Source of the DNA: an uncultured Gammaproteobacteria bacterium | GTDB lineage: Bacteria; Patescibacteriota; Microgenomatia; Levybacterales; UBA12049 | Direction of reading: 5' to 3' | Length of the DNA: 64,000 nucleotides | NCBI GenBank assembly: GCA_964608945.1 | Contig: CAZSQB010000001.1 | Span: 3,211-67,210 of the forward strand | Part shown: piece by piece, positions 56,544 to 64,000 of the stretch | Position numbering within the stretch: position 1 is the first letter of the stretch | Layout: every line of letters begins with the position of its first letter | Notes under the pieces: generated by a model | The model's input: only the letters and a program-made list of their open reading frames with translations | What the model was told of the DNA's origin: nothing | Database searches by the model: none | Position numbers and translations under genes: made by a program

Positions 56544-58937
56544 ATGATCCAATTGGAGATTATAGGTTTAAGGAAATTAAAAAGGGCAAACAAAATTCTT
56601 GCTTTGATCGAGAATCGGCCATGGATTGTTTTTGTCGCGCTTTTAGTAGTCATCCTCTTTTTATTCCGCGGACTTTTTAATTCGTATTTTGAAGCGGATG
56701 AATGGTTTCATTTTACATATTACTTTCCGCTTACAAAAAGACCCGATGGGTTTTTAACAGCAATAATATCGACAATTATTAACTCGGGTCCCTTATCCGC
56801 GGGACAACATGTTGTTCCCGTTGCTTCCGCAATATATTTCCTGAATACAAAATTTTTTGGCATGAATTATGCACCTTATGCGTTTATGTCTTTGTCTCTT
56901 CATGCAGTAAATAGCTTTTTGGTATTCGTATTTATAAAAACTTTGTTACATAGAAAAGATATAATAACTAAAAATGTTTTCGCGCTTCTAGGCGCTGTTT
57001 TTTTTGCTCTTTCTCCACAGCATTCTCATACAATAACAGGCGCAGCCCCGTTTTACGGTCAGAATATTTTGTCTGTGACCTTTTTCCTATTATGTATTAT
57101 TTCATTTAAGCTTGCATATCTTCGTGAAAATAAAAAATTCATATACCTTTCTATACTTTTTCTTTTCTTATCACTTTTCACTAAGGAAACGGCAGTCTTT
57201 CTTTTTGTGCTCCTTCCGTTTATGGCTATAATCGAAAAAAAGGGTCTGCCTGCCAGCAGGCCCCGCACCGCTCTGGTGCAGGGCAGGCAGGTTTTTCCTC
57301 TGAAATTTTTAGGTAAACTGTTCATCCTAAGTTTAATTATATATGCGACATTTAGATTTTTAGTTCCGAATATTTATTATGGTGTTGGCCCGCTTGTTGA
57401 CAAACTAGTTGGAAATTATGTTTCGTCATCACTTCCGTCTTGGCAACAGCAGTCGCGCGAAACACCAAAAGTTCCTGATACTGGAACAATTGTTAGCACC
57501 GATCTTTCGATTCACAAGAATCTTCTGGGAGAAATTTTGTTTCGCAGCGTGACTTTTCCTGTAAAAATGACAGGAACTCTTTTTTTGCCAAGACAAACAG
57601 TATTTTCTATTGTCCAGTTTATTACGCCAATTGTTCAACCTGTGCCGCCTGGTGGAGATAGCGCGGATATGTCTCAAGCCCGACTTACATTTTTGTACGG
57701 TCCGGGAAATGGCTTCATTATTTACATAGTAGGTATTGGTATTATTATTTTTTGTGCAAGAGAGTATTTTAGCTTTGTTCGAGGGAAAAAGATAGAGGAG
57801 GCAAGAACACTCGCAACAGGATTTGCAATGATTGTTTTAAGCTCGCTGCCTTTGGTTGCAATTATATTTTCCTTTCCTCGTTGGGGATATGATTTTTATT
57901 TTGACTCGCGGTTTTATTATAATCCCAATGTCGGCGCGGCTATTATTTTCCCGTTTTTACTCTTGGGTTTTTCGGAGTTTATTTCCAAATCGTTTCAAAA
58001 GAAGACAGTTGTTCCCCTGATAGCTTTTACACTTTTCACTCTTTGGCTGATTAATAATATTGCTGTACTAAATGTAAGTATCAGGTATTTCACCCAGAAT
58101 TTTCAACCGGATCGACGGGAGGTCGTAGAACAGTTGAAAAAATATCTTCCAAGCCTTCCTAAGATTACTGTTTTCTATATTGAAACAGATGGTCTGAGTG
58201 CTTATGGTCCGAGTCTTCCATTTCAGACAGGCGTTGCCCCAGCGCTTAGCGTAGTTTATTATGATAACAACCCCTTACCGAATAGTTTTTTTAATAAACC
58301 ACTTTTTGATGGCAAGAAAGAAGGTTATTTATATTCGCAAGGTCGTGGATTTGGATATTATATATCTAAGAAGACGCTTGCAGAAGCGCTTCTTGCAAGT
58401 AAATTTAAGGTTTCTGATATCCGCGCTTTTTACTATAAAGCACAAGATGTAAAACTTATCGATACAACAGGCGAAGTTAGGGCAGAAATGGATAGCTATC
58501 TTACAGCTGCAAAAGAAAATTCTGATTGGAAAAACTACCTTGATCTTTCAACAGGGTTATCATTTTATTACCCTTCTCAAGCGGATATAGAAGAAGTGCC
58601 GCAAGATAGCGCGCAAAGCACAGCAACGTCGTTTGCAATTATTAGTCCAATATTTACCATAAGAATGACAATTTTCAATGTAACGCCTGCTTTTGCAGTG
58701 AATGAATACTCACAAATTCTGACAAACGGTAAATTAGGTATTGTTAATTCGCGAAAAGTTTCATATGATAAGTTTCATTATAATGACAGCCTAATTGTAA
58801 ATAACAATGGAAAAATTGAGTATTTAATTAAGCTTAATGATAGGTTAATAATAGTTGAAACAGAAAACCAGGACGCTGAGTCAATTTTAGCAGTAGAAAA
58901 GATTGCAGGTTCAGTTGAAATTATTAAGAAAGAATGA
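56544..58937 (+). CDS. Large GT-C-like membrane protein (about 797 aa) with a C-terminal extracytoplasmic domain. Probable partner transferase of the upstream GtrB-like GT2.
   Basis: FRGLFNSYFEADEWFHFTYYFPL (DE-type loop motif) and many TM segments. ATG at 56544 has AGGT 6 nt upstream; the track's 56499 start is less likely. Contains the GC-rich palindrome at 57246..57290. Confidence 0.65.
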   Translation: MIQLEIIGLRKLKRANKILALIENRPWIVFVALLVVILFLFRGLFNSYFEADEWFHFTYYFPLTKRPDGFLTAIISTIINSGPLSAGQHVVPVASAIYFLNTKFFGMNYAPYAFMSLSLHAVNSFLVFVFIKTLLHRKDIITKNVFALLGAVFFALSPQHSHTITGAAPFYGQNILSVTFFLLCIISFKLAYLRENKKFIYLSILFLFLSLFTKETAVFLFVLLPFMAIIEKKGLPASRPRTALVQGRQVFPLKFLGKLFILSLIIYATFRFLVPNIYYGVGPLVDKLVGNYVSSSLPSWQQQSRETPKVPDTGTIVSTDLSIHKNLLGEILFRSVTFPVKMTGTLFLPRQTVFSIVQFITPIVQPVPPGGDSADMSQARLTFLYGPGNGFIIYIVGIGIIIFCAREYFSFVRGKKIEEARTLATGFAMIVLSSLPLVAIIFSFPRWGYDFYFDSRFYYNPNVGAAIIFPFLLLGFSEFISKSFQKKTVVPLIAFTLFTLWLINNIAVLNVSIRYFTQNFQPDRREVVEQLKKYLPSLPKITVFYIETDGLSAYGPSLPFQTGVAPALSVVYYDNNPLPNSFFNKPLFDGKKEGYLYSQGRGFGYYISKKTLAEALLASKFKVSDIRAFYYKAQDVKLIDTTGEVRAEMDSYLTAAKENSDWKNYLDLSTGLSFYYPSQADIEEVPQDSAQSTATSFAIISPIFTIRMTIFNVTPAFAVNEYSQILTNGKLGIVNSRKVSYDKFHYNDSLIVNNNGKIEYLIKLNDRLIIVETENQDAESILAVEKIAGSVEIIKKE
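57246..57290 (+). repeat. Third GC-rich imperfect palindrome (CTGCCTGCC...GCACC...GGTGC...GGCAGGCAG) in-frame, encoding LPASRPRTALVQGRQ.
   Basis: The outer arms CTGCCTGCC / GGCAGGCAG are identical to those of the 39457 and 44481 elements. The sequence context is also the same (KK-x-LPA ... GRQ). Confidence 0.7.
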
Positions 58938-59611
58938 AGAAAAATAAAAAGAATTTTGAGAAATATTACTTTGAGGGATATTACAAAGGGATAGGGGATT
59001 TTAGTGTCAAACGAGATCGCGAGCTTTCAAATTGGTTTCGCGGGATGCTCGAATACATTAATAAATTTTATCCTATAAAGAATGGTAGAGGTAGAAAGTT
59101 AATTGAATTTGGTTGTGCAACAGGAGCAGCCGCAAATTTACTTGCCGATTATGGATTTAGTGTTTTCTCAAGCGATGTATCAAAATACGCTGTAAATTTA
59201 GCAGCGAAAAATTATCCGGATATAAAATTCATCGTCCATGATATGCAAAAACAATTCATGAAGGATGAGAATTTTGATGTAGCCGTTGCATTTGATGTAA
59301 TAGAACACTTGAAAGATCCAGAAATGTCTCTTAGGAATACTTATAAGATATTAAAACATGGTGGGACTATAATTCTAACAACACCCAATGATTACAAACA
59401 CATGTCAAATGATCCGACCCACATAAGCGTCAAGAAGCCTAATGAGTGGAGAAAAATTATGAGGAGGGTTGGCTTTAAGAACATTATGATTAAGCAAGTT
59501 GCATTTATTCCTTATTTTTACAGATTCCACTGGAGGTTGAATTACGCACTGCCGATAGCAATTTCATCGCCTTATGTAATTTCACCGGTTGTAATTATTG
59601 CTAAAAAATGA
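58934..59611 (+). CDS. Class I SAM-dependent methyltransferase.
   Basis: KLIEFGCATGAAANLLADYGFSVFSSDVS...FDVAVAFDVIEHL...LKHGGTIILT. Confidence 0.7.
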   Translation: MKKNKKNFEKYYFEGYYKGIGDFSVKRDRELSNWFRGMLEYINKFYPIKNGRGRKLIEFGCATGAAANLLADYGFSVFSSDVSKYAVNLAAKNYPDIKFIVHDMQKQFMKDENFDVAVAFDVIEHLKDPEMSLRNTYKILKHGGTIILTTPNDYKHMSNDPTHISVKKPNEWRKIMRRVGFKNIMIKQVAFIPYFYRFHWRLNYALPIAISSPYVISPVVIIAKK

Positions 59612-62600
59612 GAAAAAGAATTATTTTTGATCTTATTATCATATTCATTATTGGTTGTCTTCCTATTCTTTGGTTTAGAGACGGTTCGATTCTTTTAGGA
59701 CATGATGCGGGACTTGCGCTTGATCCGATCATGCATTTTCTTGACCGTATACATGTTTGGTCTCAAAGATTTAGTCTTGGGACAGATCAGAACGGAGCGC
59801 TCCTTGGAGCCTTCGCGATTCATGGATTCGAGGCTTTGCTCGCGTACTTAGGTTTCAATTTACACTGGGGTCAAATAATACAATTCATAGTTTGGTTTAC
59901 GCTACCAGGGCTCGCAATGTACTTTTTTGCTTCAAGAACTTTCCCGGACAAGACATATCTTCCGCTTATTGCATCCATCATTTACATGTTGAATTTTTAT
60001 CTTTTGCAAGGGTGGTTTATTGCCGAGCGTACCAAATTCTCAATTTATGTTGCATTTCCACTAGTTTTGTATTTTTTGATTATATATTTAAGAAAAAAAA
60101 CAAGTTTTCTTACGACTGTCGTCGTAACTGGAATTATACTTGGAGTATTTAACGGAGGAGGAAGTTTGCCCCTATATGGAGGACTTGCTCTTGGGGTTCT
60201 TCTTGTTTTTGTTTATATAAACGCAATTAACTTAAACTTGGAAACGGTCAGGAGGACTATTTTCTATTCAGTGGGGGTCTTCTTCTTCTATATTCTTCTA
60301 AACGCTTATTGGGTTATTCCCTATGCATTTTACCTTTTCGGTTTTGCAAGTCGTGATTTGGCAATAGCGGGTGGGACAGAAGGAGCTCTATCATGGGCAA
60401 GGTATCTATCTTCAGGGTCAACATTCATCAATTTATTCCGGGGACAGGGAATACCCGATTGGTATCTTAACCCTTACCACGCTTATTCAGCGGGGTATCT
60501 TTCAAATCCGATCCTAATAATCTCCTCATTTCTTTTCCCAATTCTAGCATTTGCATCTTTCTTAATTCAAAAAACAAGAAAAGAAGCATATATCATTTAT
60601 CTTATTTTTCTAATTTGTTTGGTCGGAATACTATTTTCATCGGGTCCAGAATCTCAATTCGGTTTTATCTTTGAGTTTATGGTGAACTATGTTCCCGGAT
60701 TCGCAATCTTTAGATCTGCATTTTTCAAATTCAACTACATGGTATGGTTTTCATACGGACTTCTCATTGGGTTCACGCTTGACCATATACTTTCGCGTAT
60801 TGAATTTAAATATTTCAAAAAAAACGCACTTGCCTTCTCAAAAATTAGCTTGCTCTTATTCGTTGTTCTCTACGTGTTCTACCACCAGCAGGTTTTAAAT
60901 GGTTCTTTTCTCGATTATTCCAAAGAACCCGGTAAAGAATTAACTACTCGTATCAAAGTTCCCGATTATATATTTGAGTTTGGAAAATGGGCAAATCAGC
61001 AGGATCCAAACGTTAGATTTCTTGTAATGCCTCAACTTGGGAATACAAGCTATATCTCTTATGATTGGCATTACTGGAGTATTGCTCCAGTTACTAGTTT
61101 GCTTTCAATAAATTCATTCGTTCATAATACTGCACTTGTTCCTGAGAGCGAAAGGGTACTTATGAGTGAAATGTACGCAGCATTTTTGCGGGGAGACATG
61201 GAAAGTTTTTCTGACTTTACTGAAGTTTTCGCTATTGATGCTATCGTACTTCAAAAAGACTATGATTGGAAGAATCCTTCCTGGGGTACTGTAAACCCGG
61301 AAAAATATGAAGAAGTCTTAACGTCTCATCCGGAATTATTTATTCGCGAAAAGACATTTGGAAGATGGAATGTGTATAAGATTGCAGAAAGGACACAATC
61401 TTTAAGAATAAATTCCAGCACAAAACTAAGTTTTCTGCAAGGAAAACTGGGCAAAGTTGTTTCATTTCCATTCTTTGCTCCTAAAACTCCATTGTTCATG
61501 AGTGATGTTGAGCAGAAAAATATTGACTATTACGCCCAAAACGCCAGCGATATGTATCTGGCGCCTGAATGTATTCAATGTGATCTTGAATATAAAGAAG
61601 AAACATTTAAATATTATAATCCTAAGCTTCTTCCTGGATCAATTCTATATCCCATCATCGTTTTACGTGAGCAGCAAGTCAAAGCTTTATCGCGTGACTT
61701 TTTGTCCCTTATCAATTTCTATATAACAGCTTCAAATAGAAGAATCACTGAGATTAAATGGATGGTTGATACAAAAAATAGAATAGAGCAAATACTTCCA
61801 ACAATTGAAAGGTATAGACAAACTCTGCGAGAACTTGCACAAGAACTAAAACAAAAAGATAGCGCCATAATTGAGAACAGAGCAGCACAGAGGGTAATGA
61901 ATAATATTATCCAGCAAGTAAACCTTATTGACTCAGTGTATAGCGAACCAATAATGAGCATTTACCAACGTCAAGCGCTGTCTCAATCCTACAATGAAAT
62001 TACTGAGATTGAGAGACTCGCAAAGGAGAAAATGTGGGTAACAGAGGACATGACGAATAAAAGATATATCTATGACCTTCCTCTTACGGGAGAGTATGAA
62101 ATATATGTAAAGCGCGGAAGCTTGACGAATCACGTGAGCGATCCCAAAGAGACAACCATCACATTCAAAGATTCACCGAATGTCTTAAAACCCATTACAA
62201 CAGTTGGTGACTGGCTATCATTTGGAAAGATTAACCTGACTAATAAAAAAACTTTTATAGGTCTAAAAGATGGAACAATGGCAAATCTGATTGATTCTAC
62301 ATCTCCTACTTTTCTAGATGGGAAAGAGGGGATAATTGTGGATAAAAATAATGTGACCTTTACAGTTGATAGTCTAAATAAATGTTTTTATTATCAATTC
62401 CATGATCTTGAATATTTAAATACTCAATATGTTGTCTCCTTCTCCTACAGGAATTTCTCAGACAAGAATACTTTAAGTTTCTTCAATCAAGCTGAGGGAG
62501 ATGAGTTCTTAAGGTACAGCGCAAAAAACTCTTCACTTGCAAGTTTTAGATATCTTAATAAATTTATCAAGTTAATTACACCAAAAGACGGAAATGTAAG

Positions 62601-63114
62601 ACTCGTTTTCTGTAATGGATTTTTATCAATAAATGAAATCGGCAATTTCCAGAAACAATTTGACGCTGATCTATTACCGGGAAGCCAAACATTAATCGAA
62701 ATTAAAAATATTACCTTTCATAAAGTAGCTTATCCTAATATTGTTTTTTATAAAAAACAGAAAGATGTGGATGATTCAAATACTGTTCAAAACTTTGTTA
62801 AAAAAGACCCTGTTACGTATGAGGTAGATTTGGCAAAAAATAATACTCCGGCTTCTCTTATCATGCGCGAAAGTTTTGGAAAATATTGGAGAGTATGTGA
62901 TGAGAAAAGTGTTTGTCTTCCATTTGGTGATCAGTCACATTTTCAGACCGGAGGTTTTGCAAATGCTTGGTACTTAAAAGATCATTCTCTTGGTGAGAAA
63001 TTAACAATTTATTATTATCCCCAAAGATGGTATGAAATCGGAACAATTATTACCATTGGTTCTATCGTGGTAATATTAGGAGGAGTATGTTTACGTTTAT
63101 TTATAAGAAAATAA
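59608..63114 (+). CDS. Giant membrane protein (1168 aa): N-terminal multi-TM GT-C-like domain, extracytoplasmic region of about 750 aa, C-terminal TM anchor. AftD-like architecture.
   Basis: LGHDAGLALDPIMHFLDRIHVWSQRFSLGTDQN... in the first loop, then about 12 TM segments, a long hydrophilic region, and a terminal IGTIITIGSIVVILGGVCL helix. Confidence 0.6.
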   Translation: MRKRIIFDLIIIFIIGCLPILWFRDGSILLGHDAGLALDPIMHFLDRIHVWSQRFSLGTDQNGALLGAFAIHGFEALLAYLGFNLHWGQIIQFIVWFTLPGLAMYFFASRTFPDKTYLPLIASIIYMLNFYLLQGWFIAERTKFSIYVAFPLVLYFLIIYLRKKTSFLTTVVVTGIILGVFNGGGSLPLYGGLALGVLLVFVYINAINLNLETVRRTIFYSVGVFFFYILLNAYWVIPYAFYLFGFASRDLAIAGGTEGALSWARYLSSGSTFINLFRGQGIPDWYLNPYHAYSAGYLSNPILIISSFLFPILAFASFLIQKTRKEAYIIYLIFLICLVGILFSSGPESQFGFIFEFMVNYVPGFAIFRSAFFKFNYMVWFSYGLLIGFTLDHILSRIEFKYFKKNALAFSKISLLLFVVLYVFYHQQVLNGSFLDYSKEPGKELTTRIKVPDYIFEFGKWANQQDPNVRFLVMPQLGNTSYISYDWHYWSIAPVTSLLSINSFVHNTALVPESERVLMSEMYAAFLRGDMESFSDFTEVFAIDAIVLQKDYDWKNPSWGTVNPEKYEEVLTSHPELFIREKTFGRWNVYKIAERTQSLRINSSTKLSFLQGKLGKVVSFPFFAPKTPLFMSDVEQKNIDYYAQNASDMYLAPECIQCDLEYKEETFKYYNPKLLPGSILYPIIVLREQQVKALSRDFLSLINFYITASNRRITEIKWMVDTKNRIEQILPTIERYRQTLRELAQELKQKDSAIIENRAAQRVMNNIIQQVNLIDSVYSEPIMSIYQRQALSQSYNEITEIERLAKEKMWVTEDMTNKRYIYDLPLTGEYEIYVKRGSLTNHVSDPKETTITFKDSPNVLKPITTVGDWLSFGKINLTNKKTFIGLKDGTMANLIDSTSPTFLDGKEGIIVDKNNVTFTVDSLNKCFYYQFHDLEYLNTQYVVSFSYRNFSDKNTLSFFNQAEGDEFLRYSAKNSSLASFRYLNKFIKLITPKDGNVRLVFCNGFLSINEIGNFQKQFDADLLPGSQTLIEIKNITFHKVAYPNIVFYKKQKDVDDSNTVQNFVKKDPVTYEVDLAKNNTPASLIMRESFGKYWRVCDEKSVCLPFGDQSHFQTGGFANAWYLKDHSLGEKLTIYYYPQRWYEIGTIITIGSIVVILGGVCLRLFIRK

Positions 63115-63485
63115 TCAAAATTTACGATCAAGCGTCTATATTTGTTCGTGCAAACACTACGCAAATAGTTATTATTGTTGGCACATTTGTTTTTTTTGAA
63201 GTAATTCAGTCATTTCCATATATAAATATTGTCCCCAACTATCAGTTTTTAGTAATAGGTTTTACACTTCTCTTATCTATGGTCTTACTTAGAGTTTCTA
63301 TTTCTAATAAAAAAATAATGCTGGCTGTATTAATTCTTTTCTTTCTGGCCGCAATCATAACAATATTCGACATTAAACGTATTTTAGACCTGATCGGATT
63401 TATAATCTTCGTTCTAATAGCGCTCGTTGTAATCCGACAGATTATAAATGATCGAGAAAAACTGAAAAAACTCGATCTAGAATAA
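63087..63485 (+). CDS. Small membrane protein (3-4 TM), function unknown.
   Basis: 132 aa, hydrophobic. Overlaps the end of the giant gene by 28 nt, so the start is uncertain. Confidence 0.4.
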   Translation: MFTFIYKKIIKIYDQASIFVRANTTQIVIIVGTFVFFEVIQSFPYINIVPNYQFLVIGFTLLLSMVLLRVSISNKKIMLAVLILFFLAAIITIFDIKRILDLIGFIIFVLIALVVIRQIINDREKLKKLDLE

Positions 63486-63531
63486 GTGAGAAATAATGCA
63501 CCTATCCTCCTGCCCATTATAATTTTATTGC

Positions 63532-64000
63532 ATGAAGAGAAGAATTTTTTTTGATCTTGCCCTCATCTTAATTCTAGGGCTTATTCCGCTGTTGTGGCTT
63601 CCAAATGGCACAATTATCTTAGGGCATGACGCCGGATTAACATTGGATCCGGTAGCAAATTTTTTAGATAGACTTTATGTTTGGACCCAAAGATTCGGAA
63701 TAGGAACAGATCAAAGTTTTGCGCTCCTCGGAGCATTTTTGATTCACGGGCTTGAAGCATTCCTCGCATACATCGGACTTAATCTTCACTGGGGACAAAT
63801 AATCCAATTTATTTTTTGGTTTGTTTTGCCAGGATTAACAATGTACTTTCTGGCATATAAGCTCTGGCCGGAGAAAAGATATTTGCCTCTGATTGCCGCA
63901 ACCGTCTACATGATCAATTATTATCTCGTTCAGGCATGGTTTATTGCTGAGCGTACAAAATTTTCAATTTATGCAGGATTCCCAATATTTTTATATTTTC
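63532..64000 (+). CDS. Tandem paralog of the 59608..63114 giant membrane protein, 3'-truncated by the window end.
   Basis: Reading from the ATG at 63532 gives MKRRIFFDLALILILGLIPLLWLPNGTIILGHDAGLTLDPVANFLDRLYVWTQRFGIGTDQSFALLGAFLIHGLEAFLAYIGLNLHWGQIIQF, colinear with the N-terminus of the preceding gene. Confidence 0.7.
   Translation, partial: MKRRIFFDLALILILGLIPLLWLPNGTIILGHDAGLTLDPVANFLDRLYVWTQRFGIGTDQSFALLGAFLIHGLEAFLAYIGLNLHWGQIIQFIFWFVLPGLTMYFLAYKLWPEKRYLPLIAATVYMINYYLVQAWFIAERTKFSIYAGFPIFLYF

Noticed and set aside
1-64000. Possibility of an alternative genetic code (UGA recoding as in some CPR lineages) or of CRISPR, tRNA or mobile-element content.
   Set aside because: Long ORFs terminate cleanly with TAA, TAG and TGA, and homologous proteins align end-to-end under code 11. 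There are no direct-repeat/spacer arrays. No intergenic gap is large enough for a tRNA except 28364..28651, which has no cloverleaf-like structure. No transposase or integrase-like ORFs are present.

Overview
Low-GC sequence (about 30% GC by eye, with a few richer segments), almost certainly bacterial, densely packed with genes for cell-surface glycan or protein glycosylation. Apart from three convergent genes, every confident CDS is on the + strand, and many overlap by 1-30 nt, consistent with a few very long operons. I found no rRNA, tRNA, CRISPR array, transposase or integrase. Standard stop codons (TAA/TAG/TGA) delimit long ORFs, so genetic code 11 fits.

Content:
- About 20 polytopic membrane proteins, most with GT-C-type features:
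  - at least 8 PMT_2/ArnT-like proteins with a DE motif in the first loop, four of them in tandem;
  - 2 PTPS-related-domain membrane proteins;
  - 2 DUF2029/GT87-like proteins with an NPY motif;
  - 2 members of an unnamed 'DQxxD' family;
  - an inverted pair of paralogs flanking an ArnT-like gene and a WecD-like GNAT;
  - three giant proteins (about 908, 952 and 1168 aa) plus a truncated fourth at the window end.
- GT-A glycosyltransferases: GT2 (x7), GT4 and a Wzx-like flippase.
- Three sugar-nucleotide cassettes:
  - GalE;
  - RmlB, WecE-like aminotransferase, WecD-like GNAT, RfbF-like cytidylyltransferase and RmlC/RmlD, with no RmlA in the window;
  - a compositionally distinct, more GC-rich block: GmhA, HddA-like GHMP kinase, GMD-like 4,6-dehydratase, two DegT-family proteins carrying His in place of the PLP-binding Lys (ColD/E1-type 3-dehydratases), a TPP-dependent E1 alpha/beta pair, four SDR reductases/epimerases and a GtrB-like GT2 with a GT-C partner.

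Most notable structure:
- A perfect 501-bp direct repeat shared by the 3' regions of the two giant paralogs that bracket a tandem GT2 pair.
- GC-rich near-palindromes (about 40 nt) sitting in-frame in three membrane-protein genes.
- The TPP E1 alpha/beta pair embedded in the deoxy-sugar cassette, which suggests a branched-chain dideoxy sugar.

The gene content resembles what is seen in Candidate Phyla Radiation-type or other minimal, AT-rich genomes. Taxonomy cannot be fixed from sequence alone.
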